Assembly (NCBI GenBank): GCA_040218735.1
Contig: JAVJQW010000043.1
Span: forward strand, 320,001-384,000
Direction of reading: 5' to 3'
DNA length: 64,000 nt
DNA from: Deltaproteobacteria bacterium
Lineage (GTDB): Bacteria; Myxococcota; Kuafuiibacteriia; Kuafuiibacteriales; Kuafuiibacteriaceae
Part shown: positions 36,579 to 46,582 of the stretch, piece by piece
Layout: each line of letters starts with the position of its first letter
How positions within the stretch are numbered: position 1 is the first letter of the stretch
Program-made: the position numbers and the translations under genes
Notes under the pieces: model-generated
Database searches by the model: none
What the model was told of the DNA's origin: nothing
The model's input: the letters and a program-made list of their open reading frames with translations, nothing else

Positions 36579-37240
36579 TGGGGAGCAACGCTGCCTTGGG
36601 GCGTGTCCGCGTTTTTCTTCGCGGCGACGAATTCGAGGATCATGTTCAGCACGATGAGCCCCACGCCCGTCGAGATGGCGGTGTCTGCGACGTTGAACGT
36701 CGGCCAGTACAGGTCCTCGTGGTACCAGAGGATGAAGTCGACGACGTAGCCGAGGTAGAGGCGGTCGAACATGTTGCCGAACGCGCCGCCGAGGATGAGT
36801 GACAGCGCGACGACGAGCATCCCCTGGTCCGGCTCGAGCTTGCGCAGGAACTGGATGACGAACCCGATCGCGATCAGCGACACGACCAGCAGCACGTACC
36901 GACGGCCTGCGAGGATCGACCACGCCGCGCCCGTGTTCTCCGCGTAGCGCCAGCTCCAGAAGCCCTCGATCGACTTCATCTCCGGACAGAGCCGGCCGCG
37001 GCGGGCGCAGGGGTGTCGGACCTCGCCGTAGTACAGGGCCGCCTTGTCGAAGAAGCTCAGGTCCTTCAGCGTCTCCCGAATCTCGGGGAAGGTCGCGACC
37101 CGGCGCTCGGCGCCGAGCTGGGCGTTGGCGATGCCGGGGGTGAGGTGCTCGACCGCGAGGATCTTGCTGGCCTGGTCCAGGACGAAGACCGACAGGCCGA
37201 TCGCGGCCAAGAGCTGCCACTTACGCCTCTCGGCGACCAT
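36575..37240 (-). CDS. lspA: Signal peptidase II (copy 1)
   Basis: DQASK, ENTGAAWS, GGAFGNMFDR, VVDFI and WPTFNVAD. Confidence 0.93.
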   Translation of the reverse strand: MVAERRKWQLLAAIGLSVFVLDQASKILAVEHLTPGIANAQLGAERRVATFPEIRETLKDLSFFDKAALYYGEVRHPCARRGRLCPEMKSIEGFWSWRYAENTGAAWSILAGRRYVLLVVSLIAIGFVIQFLRKLEPDQGMLVVALSLILGGAFGNMFDRLYLGYVVDFILWYHEDLYWPTFNVADTAISTGVGLIVLNMILEFVAAKKNADTPQGSVAPQ

Positions 37241-37387
37241 GGGCGTGCCATACCGCATCGACTCGCCGAAAACCCGAGATTCCTCCTCCGCATTTCCGAG
37301 CGCCGAGAAAGAGGGTAAACACCAACGGTCGGACGTCGGCCGGGGGCCGGTGGTGATCCTCGGATCCAGGGGTTATAGCCCACCGTC

Positions 37388-40300
37388 GTGCGCCGGATCT
37401 CGACCGTCCTCGCTCTTTTCGTCGCGTCGAGCTGCGGCTTCGACGGACTCTTCGTCACGCCGCGGAGCTTCGATCCAACACCCCCGCCAACAGTAACTCT
37501 GGTCGGAGTCACTGAGGGCGGCGCGGCGATCACCGTGCACGACCAGGGCGGCAACCTCGTCGCGACTTCGAACGCGGATGCGGCGGGCAACTTCGGCGTG
37601 CAGCTCCCCGCCGAGGTGGTCGCAACGAACCTGCGCGTCACCGCGACGCGCGACGGTACACGCTTCAAGACGATCGTTCCGTTCGCGACGACCGACGAAC
37701 AGACGCCGGTCGGTCGCCTCGACGCGCTGTCCACCGCGCTCGCGCAGCTCGCGACCTACGAGATCGTGGAGGAGGCCGGGTCGTCGTTCTCCGCCACGCC
37801 CGCGACGGCGCTCGCGGCGTTGCTGACGTCGATGGAAGATCGCTCGCCCGCGCTCGTCGCGCTGGTCGACGTCGTGCAGTCGTTCACGAACGCGCCGGTG
37901 CCGATGTTCGATCCGCTGACGCATACGCTCGACGCGTCGGCCTCGCCGCAGGACGCCGAGCGCTACGGTGCCGCGTTGTCCGCCGCCGCCGCCGATTACG
38001 GCTTGGTGGTGCGCTGCGATCCGTCGCGCCTCAACGTCATGTTCACCGTCGATGGCTCCGGTCGCGGACGTGACGGCAACGGTCTGCCGCAGCTCATCCG
38101 CCAGCCGACCGCCGAGGGGCGCATCTTCCTCGGCTTCACGGGCGACGAGTCGTCGCAGGTCACGAGCGACGACATCCCGCGGCGCCTCACGCCGAACGAC
38201 GTCCGCTACGCGATGACCGACGACGGCGAAAACGGCGACGAGGTCGCGAACGACGGCATCTTCACCGTCGTCGTCCCGCTCCCCCGCGGCGCGCGCCTCC
38301 TCTACAAGTACACGAACGGCGCGGCGGGCCAGGGCTTCACGGGCGCCGAGGAGTGGCCGGGCAACGCGCGCATCATCGAGGTCGAAGACGTCCTCACCGG
38401 TCGCCCCGACGGCGAGCCGGACTGCCTCGTCATCCGCCGCGACAGCTTCGGCGACGAAGCCACCAACAAGAACTTCGTGAACCTCCACCCCCGCGCGAAG
38501 GCGCGCGGCGGCTCCGTCGCCTTCGAGACCGACCTCGGCGGCGCCGAGATCCCGGTCGGCCCCAGCGGCGCTTACGTCGGCGGGCTCTTCGCCGAGGACC
38601 TCCGCGGCGCGGCGCCGCTCACGCCGGCCGGCGTCCCCGAGGCGCGGGAGAACGGCGTGTGCACCAAGTGCCCGGCGCCGCTCGTGCTCGATCCGGACGA
38701 CGTCACGCCGCCGCAGCTCGTCGCCGCGGAGCGCATCGCGACCAACCGGGTGCGCGTGCGTTTCTCCGAGCCGATCCTCCGTGAGGATGCGGAGCGGGTC
38801 GCGAGCTTCCTGTACCTCGACGACGCCGGTCGCGCCGTGCCCGTGCTCGCTGCGAGCCCCTCCGGCGCCGACGTCCTGCTCACACTCGAGCCGACCCATC
38901 CGCGCGCGCCCGCGTCGATCGCGGTGCGCTCGATGCGCGACGCGTCGGTGCGCGGCAACCTCCTCGAGACGGCGCAGACCGAAGTCACGCCCGACCGCAC
39001 GCCGCCGCGCGTGCAGAGCGTGACGCCGATGTCGATCCTCGACGTGGATCCCGAAGCGACGGTCGAGGACCCGACCGTCGGTGATCTGATCGAGCTCGTC
39101 CTCGACGAGGTCCCGGAGTCTTCGGCGGCGTCGGATCCCGCGCGCTTCCTCATCGACGGGCTCGAAGTCCTCGCCGCGACGCCGCTCGACACCAACCCGC
39201 CGCGCATCCGCCTCGCGACGGCGACCCAGGTGAAGGGCGCGCCGTACACGTTGACGGTCCGCGGTCTGCGTGACCCGGCCGGTAACTCGATCGAGCAGGA
39301 GCTCCCGTTCGAAGGGTTCGCGCTGTACGAGGTGACGTTCGGCGTGGTGCCCGGCTTCGCGTTCAGCTCGAGCGACGGCACCGAGCGCGGTCTCCCGCGC
39401 GGCGAAGCGCTCTACCTCACCGGCACACCGCTCGCGTCGGCGCGTGATCTCATGGGCCGCGACATCTCTGTGGTCGCGGAAGGGTTCACGCGCACCGACG
39501 TCACCGGTTGGCCGCAGTTCGAGATGACGCCCGGCGCGCGTGCGCACGCGGGTGCGCCGGTCTTCGAGAAGACGGTCCTCCTCCCGCAGGGGTCGTGGGC
39601 GTACAAGGCAGCGCACGGCGTCGAGGGTGAGTACGTCCGTCCGCCCACCACGCTGGAGAAGGTCTACAAGACACTCACCACCGCAAACGACGCGACGGGC
39701 GTGCGCGTCGATCCGGTCACCATGATCGCCGCGAACGGACGCGACTACACCGGCGCGTCGCTCTCCGAGTCCGGCGACGAGCCGCCGCGGTCCGACGTCG
39801 TGTTCAAGCGCGAGGCGCCCGACGAGGTGTGTGAGGTCCACCGCGACACGGTGTGCCCGTACATCGTGCTCGGCGGGTGGCGCGATCTCGTCTTGGATCC
39901 CGGCGGCCGGACGCGTGACTACGACGACGGCATCATCGCCCTCGCGCCGCACCGTCCGGAGCTCCCGGATCTCGACGCTCCGCGTCTGCTCGATGCGCGG
40001 GCGCGTGACTCGTTCTCCATCCTGTTGTCGTTCGACGAGACGATCGTCGCGCCCGAGACGACGCTCGCGGTGTCCGTGACGCGCGCGCGCGACGGCGTCG
40101 GTGTGCGGACGGAGGTCCTCGCGAGCTCGGAGGTCGAGCCGCACCAGGCGGTCGTTCGCCTCGTGGGCGACATGTGTGAGGCGGGGCTGTCGCCCGGCGC
40201 GGCGTACTCGGTGAGCTACCGCGGCGCGCGCAACGAGGCGGGGTTGGTGCAGCGCGAGTCGCGGACGCAGACCATCCTCGCGCCGGATCGCTGTCGGCCG

Positions 40301-41539
40301 TTCTCGCCGCTCACCGACGTGACGCCGCCGGGTGTCGTGCGCGTCGACGCGGTGGATCTCACGGAGCTGCACGTCTACTTCGACGAGCGGATCGACCCGG
40401 CGTCGATCGACGCGACCGCGTTCGAAATCCCGGGCCTGACCGTGGAGTCGGCGGCGCAGCGGCCGGATCGTACGAGTGTCCGCCTCATCACCTCGACGCA
40501 GTCGATCCGCGCGCCGTATCGCCTCACCGCGAGCGGGCTCGCCGACTACGCGGATCCGCCGAACGTCGTGACGAGCACGAGCGTGGACTTCCTCGGGTTC
40601 GGAGAGCTGGATCCGCCGCGCGTCGTGCGTGCGCGGGCGATCGACGCGTCGGAGATCCTGCTGAGGTTCGACGAGCCGCTCGACGTGGCGAGCGCCATGA
40701 ACGCCGCGAGCTACGGACTCGACGGCGGCCAGGTCCGCGCGGTGCGTTTCTCGGGGGACCCGGGGCGGCGCAACCTGGCTTTCAACCCCGAGCTCGCGCC
40801 GCGGGTGATGAACGTGGTCATCCTGGAGACGAGCCCGCTCACGGAGGGGGCGAACCACCGGGTGACCATCGACGGTGTGAAGGATCGCTCCGGGAACGCG
40901 GTGACGACGAGCGTCGAGGTCGTCGGTGTCGCGGCGCCGCCGACGGTCACGGTGGCGTTGGAGGTGGTGATCAGCGACCAGGTCGCGGTGGCGGGGTCGA
41001 TCCCGTCGCGCTCGATCTCGCCCGCGGTGCTGATGAACGCGCGCGAGGGTGTGTTCGTGCTCGGCGCGCGCGCGACGCCGGACCACACGCCGGTCGCGGG
41101 GGCGATGGGCCCGGTGAACGCGTCGCTCGGTGGGTTCGGGGTGGAGGGGCAGCCGCTCGACGGCATCGAGCCGCGCCTCCTCGACAACGGGGCGGCGCCG
41201 GACCGGAAGCAGGCGGACAACGTCTACACGATCGCGATTCCGAACGTCCCGCTGAAGACGACGATCATTTGGAAGGCGTTCGCGCCGTTCACGGTGACGT
41301 ACAAGGACACGAACCCGAACGACTCCCTCGCGGCGTTCGCGGACGCGCTGCCGGGTCCGAGTGTGTTCGCCGACGGTCAGGAGTATCCGGGCAACGAGAA
41401 CGGGATCATCGTGCTCGACGACGGCGACGGCGACGGCATCCTCTACGTGCGCGCGTTGTTCGGCGACGAAATCTCCTACAAGAAGAACACGGGCGCGGCC
41501 GCGTACATCTGGGCCGCGGAGGACGCGGACGCGGAATGA
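37388..41539 (+). CDS. 1383-aa multi-domain lipoprotein (choice-of-anchor-X/CBM20-like modules and Ig-like repeats)
   Basis: Lipobox ASSC. MTDDGENGDEVANDGIFT and LLDNGAAPDRKQADNVYT motifs, and five D.(T)PP...V.F(S/D)E Ig-like repeats. Confidence 0.75.
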   Translation: MRRISTVLALFVASSCGFDGLFVTPRSFDPTPPPTVTLVGVTEGGAAITVHDQGGNLVATSNADAAGNFGVQLPAEVVATNLRVTATRDGTRFKTIVPFATTDEQTPVGRLDALSTALAQLATYEIVEEAGSSFSATPATALAALLTSMEDRSPALVALVDVVQSFTNAPVPMFDPLTHTLDASASPQDAERYGAALSAAAADYGLVVRCDPSRLNVMFTVDGSGRGRDGNGLPQLIRQPTAEGRIFLGFTGDESSQVTSDDIPRRLTPNDVRYAMTDDGENGDEVANDGIFTVVVPLPRGARLLYKYTNGAAGQGFTGAEEWPGNARIIEVEDVLTGRPDGEPDCLVIRRDSFGDEATNKNFVNLHPRAKARGGSVAFETDLGGAEIPVGPSGAYVGGLFAEDLRGAAPLTPAGVPEARENGVCTKCPAPLVLDPDDVTPPQLVAAERIATNRVRVRFSEPILREDAERVASFLYLDDAGRAVPVLAASPSGADVLLTLEPTHPRAPASIAVRSMRDASVRGNLLETAQTEVTPDRTPPRVQSVTPMSILDVDPEATVEDPTVGDLIELVLDEVPESSAASDPARFLIDGLEVLAATPLDTNPPRIRLATATQVKGAPYTLTVRGLRDPAGNSIEQELPFEGFALYEVTFGVVPGFAFSSSDGTERGLPRGEALYLTGTPLASARDLMGRDISVVAEGFTRTDVTGWPQFEMTPGARAHAGAPVFEKTVLLPQGSWAYKAAHGVEGEYVRPPTTLEKVYKTLTTANDATGVRVDPVTMIAANGRDYTGASLSESGDEPPRSDVVFKREAPDEVCEVHRDTVCPYIVLGGWRDLVLDPGGRTRDYDDGIIALAPHRPELPDLDAPRLLDARARDSFSILLSFDETIVAPETTLAVSVTRARDGVGVRTEVLASSEVEPHQAVVRLVGDMCEAGLSPGAAYSVSYRGARNEAGLVQRESRTQTILAPDRCRPFSPLTDVTPPGVVRVDAVDLTELHVYFDERIDPASIDATAFEIPGLTVESAAQRPDRTSVRLITSTQSIRAPYRLTASGLADYADPPNVVTSTSVDFLGFGELDPPRVVRARAIDASEILLRFDEPLDVASAMNAASYGLDGGQVRAVRFSGDPGRRNLAFNPELAPRVMNVVILETSPLTEGANHRVTIDGVKDRSGNAVTTSVEVVGVAAPPTVTVALEVVISDQVAVAGSIPSRSISPAVLMNAREGVFVLGARATPDHTPVAGAMGPVNASLGGFGVEGQPLDGIEPRLLDNGAAPDRKQADNVYTIAIPNVPLKTTIIWKAFAPFTVTYKDTNPNDSLAAFADALPGPSVFADGQEYPGNENGIIVLDDGDGDGILYVRALFGDEISYKKNTGAAAYIWAAEDADAE

Positions 41540-42552
41540 CGAAGATGAAGGTCTTGGTGACGGGGGTCGGTGGGTACATCGGTACGCACGTCGCGCGTGA
41601 GCTGCTCGAACGCGGTCACACGGTGCGCGGGACGGTGCGCGACCCGAGTGACGCAAAGAAGAACGGCCACCTCGCGAAGATCGGCGACATCGAGCTGTTC
41701 GCGGCGGACCTGACCACGCCCAAGAGCTTCGACGAAGCGATGAAGGGCTGCGACGCCGTGATGCACGCGGCGTCCGTCGTGAAGTTCTCGGCGAAGGACG
41801 CGCAGAAGGAGATCGTCGACGTCGCGGTGGAGGGCACGCGTAACGTCATCGACAGCGTGATCCGCTCCGAGAACGTGCAGCGCGTCGTTCAGACCTCGTC
41901 GATCGCCGCGGTCGTCGACATGGAAAACGACGACGACTACGTCCACACCGAGAAGGACTGGTGTGCGTCGGCGACGGTGCAGAGCGATCCCTACGCGCTC
42001 TCGAAGACCCTCGCCGAGAAGAAGGCGCGCGAGATGTGTGACGCGCTCCCGGAGGGCGAGCGGTTCACGTTGGCCGCCGCGAACCCGGCGTTTGTGCTCG
42101 GCCCGGTGTACGGGCCCGTGCATCTGCGTTCGAGCCCGACGGTGATCGAGGACCTCTACACGGGCAAGTTCCCGCTCGCGCCCAACCTCTCGTTCTCGAT
42201 CGTGGACGTGCGCGACGTCGCGCTCGCCCACGCGCTCCTGCTCGAGGCGGACGATCCGGCGCCGAGGACGATCCTCTCCAACGGGGTGCTGTGGATGCGT
42301 GAGCTCGCGGCGGCCCTGCGCGAGCGCTTCCCGAGCTGCAAGGCGCCCAAGCGCGGCATGCCGAACGCGCTGATGTACGCGGTGGGCCTGTTCGACAAAC
42401 GCATCGAGTTTCCGTTCCTGCGCGATAACCTCGACCGGGCGCGCACCGTGGATGGCTCGTTTGCGACGAAATCGCTGGGATTTACGTACCGGGACATCCG
42501 GACGGCGGCCCAGGACACGGCGGCCTCGATGGTCGAGCACGGTTTCGTCTGA
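41536..42552 (+). CDS. NAD-dependent epimerase/dehydratase (dihydroflavonol/aldehyde reductase-like extended SDR)
   Basis: VLVTGVGGYIG, VRGTVR, HAAS, TSSIAA, YALSKTLAE and VDVRDVA. ATGA overlap with the upstream gene. Confidence 0.9.
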   Translation: MTKMKVLVTGVGGYIGTHVARELLERGHTVRGTVRDPSDAKKNGHLAKIGDIELFAADLTTPKSFDEAMKGCDAVMHAASVVKFSAKDAQKEIVDVAVEGTRNVIDSVIRSENVQRVVQTSSIAAVVDMENDDDYVHTEKDWCASATVQSDPYALSKTLAEKKAREMCDALPEGERFTLAAANPAFVLGPVYGPVHLRSSPTVIEDLYTGKFPLAPNLSFSIVDVRDVALAHALLLEADDPAPRTILSNGVLWMRELAAALRERFPSCKAPKRGMPNALMYAVGLFDKRIEFPFLRDNLDRARTVDGSFATKSLGFTYRDIRTAAQDTAASMVEHGFV

Positions 42553-42607
42553 GCGGCCCCGGGCTACGCACCTTGTCAACAACCCCGAGGTGCTTAATGA
42601 ATCGGAT

Positions 42608-44545
42608 GTGCCTCGGTTCTTGTTGGCCTTCTGCTGCCTCGCGCTGCTGACCCACTGTCGAACGGCTCCTTTCTCGGACCTCGATCGTTCGAACCTCCCC
42701 AAACCGGACGACCACCCCGAGGTCGACGCGGTCGAGCTCGTGCGAGAACGCATCGTCGAGTACGCCTTCGATTCCGGCGCCCCGATCGCCATGACGACGG
42801 AGCATCGAACGCTCGTCGTGCTCACCGAGGACGGTCAGAACCTCGGTGACTTCGCGACGACCTACTCGGAGTTCACGGATCTGATCTCCGCCGACGTTCG
42901 CATCACGACCCCCGACGGGAAACACAAGGACTACGACGTCTCGAAGATGACGGACTTCCCGCTCATCCAGGGCTACGTGCTGTACGACGACGCGCGCGCG
43001 GTAAGCCTCGACGTCCCCGCGGTGCCGGTGGGGACGGTCGTCGAGACCCGCGTGGTCAAGCGTGAGAAGAAGCCGTCGTACTTCGTCGACCGGTTCTCGT
43101 TCGGGGGCCATTATCCGCTGCGCCGCGCGTCGTTCCGAGTCTTCGAGCCCGAAGGGTGGAAACTCGACCACCGCGCGAGCAAGGCGTGGGGCCCGTACGA
43201 GATGGAGCCTCGGGTGGAGGCTGGCTCGGGGGGCCGCTGGTTGGTCTGGGAGCAGAGCGACATCGCGCGCACGAAGCACGAGGACTACGCGCCGTCGGTG
43301 TGGGATCTGGTGCCGATGGTCGCGGTCCGCATCGCGAGCTGGGTCGACGATGACGGAGCGCCGCAGGCGGAGTTCGACTCGATCGCGACGTACGGTCAAT
43401 TCCTCCACCGGCTGCAGGAGGGGACGGCGAAGCCGACGCCGGCGATTCGCGCCAAGGTGGAAGAGATCCTGAAGGACGCCCCGAAGGACCCGCGCGTGCG
43501 CGCTCAGAAACTCTACGACTGGGTTCAGGAGAACGTTCGCTACGTCGCGGTCGAAGTAGGCATGGGCGGCTGGCGCCCGTACGAGGCGGCGGAGACGTTC
43601 AAGACCCGCCACGGGGACTGCAAGGACAAGGCGACGCTGCTCAAGGCGATGCTCGAAGTCGACGGGATCGAGAGTTACCTCGCGTCGCTCTACTCGCACG
43701 GGGGGACGCCTCGGAAGTATCTGATGCCGGGGTTGGGGCAGTCGAACCACGCGATCTTGGCGGTGAATCTGGGGGATGAGTTGGTCATCGCGGATCCCAC
43801 CACGCGCACGGTTCCGTTCGGTGAGTTGCCGCACAACGATCAGGAGGCCGAGCTGCTGCTCGTGAAGGCGACCGGTGGTGAGTTGTACCCGACGGCGCAG
43901 TCCACGGAGCAGGACAACGTGAAGCGCTTGAGCTTCGATCTCACGGCGGAGGCGTCCGGCGCGACGAAGGGTGTCGTGAAGCTCGAGACCACCGGTCAGT
44001 TCGCGTCCAGCCTTCGCTACAACCTCGTCGCGACGAGTGAGGAGTCCGGCCAGGACGAGGTCCGCGGCTGGGCGTGGCTCTACGACGGCGACGTGAAGAA
44101 CGCCAAGTTCGACGAGGCCTACCGCGACGGGCGTCTGGTCGTGACGGCGCAAGGGGACGTGACGATGGACGAGGTCGGTCGCGACGTCGCTGACGTTCGC
44201 CTGATCAGCTTCGCGGAGATCATGGTGACGCCCGGGCCGAAGCTGCCGCCGATGGAGCGCAAGTTCCCCGTGGTCTTCCGACGTCGAGAGCACCGCGACA
44301 CGACGATTCGTCTGAAGGTGCCGTCGAGCTGGGAGGTCAGCACGTTGCCCGAGGACCAGGTCGTGGAGTCGCCGTTCGGTCGTTACACACAGAGCTGGCG
44401 CCTGGAGGGGGACACACTCGTGGCGCACGGCGACTACCGGTTGAAGGAGCGCAGGATCGAAGCGGCGCGCTACGGCGAGCTGGAGGCGTTCTTCGGTGAG
44501 ATCATCGCGGCGCGCTCGCGCCCGGTCGTGGTGAGGTTGAAATGA
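42608..44545 (+). CDS. DUF3857 + transglutaminase-like lipoprotein (intact triad)
   Basis: GTG at 42608. Lipobox LTHC, WVQENVRYVA, GDCKDKATLL, SNHAI and ADPT. Confidence 0.88.
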   Translation: MPRFLLAFCCLALLTHCRTAPFSDLDRSNLPKPDDHPEVDAVELVRERIVEYAFDSGAPIAMTTEHRTLVVLTEDGQNLGDFATTYSEFTDLISADVRITTPDGKHKDYDVSKMTDFPLIQGYVLYDDARAVSLDVPAVPVGTVVETRVVKREKKPSYFVDRFSFGGHYPLRRASFRVFEPEGWKLDHRASKAWGPYEMEPRVEAGSGGRWLVWEQSDIARTKHEDYAPSVWDLVPMVAVRIASWVDDDGAPQAEFDSIATYGQFLHRLQEGTAKPTPAIRAKVEEILKDAPKDPRVRAQKLYDWVQENVRYVAVEVGMGGWRPYEAAETFKTRHGDCKDKATLLKAMLEVDGIESYLASLYSHGGTPRKYLMPGLGQSNHAILAVNLGDELVIADPTTRTVPFGELPHNDQEAELLLVKATGGELYPTAQSTEQDNVKRLSFDLTAEASGATKGVVKLETTGQFASSLRYNLVATSEESGQDEVRGWAWLYDGDVKNAKFDEAYRDGRLVVTAQGDVTMDEVGRDVADVRLISFAEIMVTPGPKLPPMERKFPVVFRRREHRDTTIRLKVPSSWEVSTLPEDQVVESPFGRYTQSWRLEGDTLVAHGDYRLKERRIEAARYGELEAFFGEIIAARSRPVVVRLK

Positions 44546-46539
44546 TGGGATGGGTTCGGGTTTCAGTCGTCGCCGCGCTGGCGTCGATGACGATGTCGTG
44601 CGCGGCGTCGCTCGGTTGGCAGTGGGCGGAGCCTCAGTTCGTGAAGGCGCCGGACGCGAAGAAGTACGACGGTCACGACGCCGTGTACCTGCTCCGCGAG
44701 CACCGGCTGCTGATGTACCAGGAGTGGGGGAAGGATTCGTACACGGAGCGGCAACGCCATGACGTCGTCGCGATCCTTACCGAGAAGGGGTTCCGGTACG
44801 CGAACTTCCGCATCATCTATCCGAACAAGAACTCGGACCTGATCGCGTTCGCGGCGCGCACGATCAACGAAGACGGCACGGCGACCCCGCTCGAGCCGGA
44901 GTGGGTGTTCGACGACGAGGTCAAGGGGGACGAGAACGGCGCGAAGGTCCGCGTCTTCACGTTCCCGAACGTGAAGGTCGGGAGCATCCTCGAAGTGCAG
45001 TACACGCTGCGCGATGACTACGTGGATTGGTACGAGGCGCCGTTCGTCACGACGAACATCCCGATCGAGAAATACAACCTGGAGCTGATGGGTACGAAGT
45101 CCGTTCGTTACAGCGTCAATGCGTACAACATCGAAGAGGGCAGCGAGTGGAAGACCTCCGTCGACGGGGACTACTGGCGATTGCAGTGGCAGATGAACGA
45201 CGTCCCCGCTTCGAAGGGCGGCGAGCGCGTCGAGCCGCGTGACTTCCGGGAGCCGTGGTGGATGTTCACCGCGCTCGCGTACCAGTCGAGCGCGAACCTC
45301 TACGAGATCCACAAGGACTGGGACTCCACGGTCCGGTATCGCGCGAAGGGCCTCTACGACGAGGACGGTGAGTACTACGAAGGGTTCGACGCCGAGGTCG
45401 ACGACAAGGACTGCACCAACAAGAAGTGTCAGGTGCAGGCCGCGCTCGATTTCCTCCGCGCGGAGCTCTATTTCAACTGGTTCCGCAGCGGGATGGGGCG
45501 GAAGGCGAAGGAGGTCATGGACTCCAAGAAGGCCGACAACTGGGAGAAGAATCGGGTGCTCTGGGAGCTGCTCCGGCGAAAGAAGATCGAGAGCCTCTTC
45601 GTGCTCACGAACCGAAAGAACTACGTCTCGTTCGACAAGGAGCAGCCGCACTACGCGCGCCTGAAGCACTTGCTGCTGTGGGTCCCGAAGCAGACGGGCA
45701 TCGAGGAGGGCTTCTTCGTCGACGCCTCGTGTGAGTTCTGCACCGTGGGGCAGGTGCCGGACTGGGCTCGCGGCGAAGAAGGGTTCGTGGTCAGCGTCGA
45801 GAAAGAGGGCCTGTCGACCGAGAACACCTACAAGGGTGAGTGGAAGAAAATCGTCGGCGCCGAGACGCGACCGGACGTGGCGCACAAGGACTACGCAGTG
45901 ACGGTCGACGCCGCCGGGAAACTCACCGCGAAGATGAAGCAGACGCGGACGGGGTGGGGCGCGCAGTGGTGGCGGTCCGCCCGACGCAACCAGAAGGCCG
46001 ACGCCGCGAAGCGCGAGGCGGAGGGTATGGTCAATCGCCGCGACGAGCGCGGAAAGCTGATCTCCGACTCGCGTTATTCCTTCGTCCCGGACGGGTCGGA
46101 GGGGGAGCGCACGATCGAGTTCGAGATCCCCGACTACGGTGTGCTCGACCAGGAGCGCCTGATCATTCCGCTGTCCGCGCTCGACACGCCGTTCGATGGT
46201 GCCTTCGAGAAGAAGACGCGGGACAAGCCGATCTTCTTCGGACACACGGCGACCTGGTCGGAGCGCCTCGCGGTGCGCGGCCCGAAGGGTTACGCGCCGA
46301 CGATCCTGTTCCCGAGCAAGTCAATCGATGCCGGCGCGGTGAAGGTCGACGTGAAGGTGCGGACCGAAGGGGACGTCGTGGTGATCGAACGCAGCGTCCA
46401 CCACCGCGAAGGCACGTACCTGGTCTCGAAGTACGAGGACATCCGGAACGCGATCGAGCTGTACCGGAGCGTGGACCAGGGGGCGATCGTGTTCGCGAAG
46501 CCGGTGTCCGAGCCGCTCGCGCCTTCGGCCGCGCGCTGA
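44542..46539 (+). CDS. DUF3857 lipoprotein with degenerate transglutaminase-like domain
   Basis: Lipobox TMSC and FTFPNVKVGSILEVQY. The catalytic Cys region reads ADNWEKN; LKHLL and VDAS are retained. Confidence 0.8.
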   Translation: MMGWVRVSVVAALASMTMSCAASLGWQWAEPQFVKAPDAKKYDGHDAVYLLREHRLLMYQEWGKDSYTERQRHDVVAILTEKGFRYANFRIIYPNKNSDLIAFAARTINEDGTATPLEPEWVFDDEVKGDENGAKVRVFTFPNVKVGSILEVQYTLRDDYVDWYEAPFVTTNIPIEKYNLELMGTKSVRYSVNAYNIEEGSEWKTSVDGDYWRLQWQMNDVPASKGGERVEPRDFREPWWMFTALAYQSSANLYEIHKDWDSTVRYRAKGLYDEDGEYYEGFDAEVDDKDCTNKKCQVQAALDFLRAELYFNWFRSGMGRKAKEVMDSKKADNWEKNRVLWELLRRKKIESLFVLTNRKNYVSFDKEQPHYARLKHLLLWVPKQTGIEEGFFVDASCEFCTVGQVPDWARGEEGFVVSVEKEGLSTENTYKGEWKKIVGAETRPDVAHKDYAVTVDAAGKLTAKMKQTRTGWGAQWWRSARRNQKADAAKREAEGMVNRRDERGKLISDSRYSFVPDGSEGERTIEFEIPDYGVLDQERLIIPLSALDTPFDGAFEKKTRDKPIFFGHTATWSERLAVRGPKGYAPTILFPSKSIDAGAVKVDVKVRTEGDVVVIERSVHHREGTYLVSKYEDIRNAIELYRSVDQGAIVFAKPVSEPLAPSAAR

Positions 46540-46582
46540 GTTTCGTCGACGCCCGCCGCGGGGTTGGGCATGATGCGCCGCG

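Noticed and set aside
35032-37220. Apparent long Lgt (433 aa) and LspA (442 aa) ORFs suggesting fusions or frameshifts
   Set aside because: The extensions are off-frame readings of the upstream lspA genes; each gene has its own start and complete motifs.
37373-41656. 1427-aa minus-strand ORF
   Set aside because: It mirrors the 1383-aa lipoprotein and has no motifs of its own.
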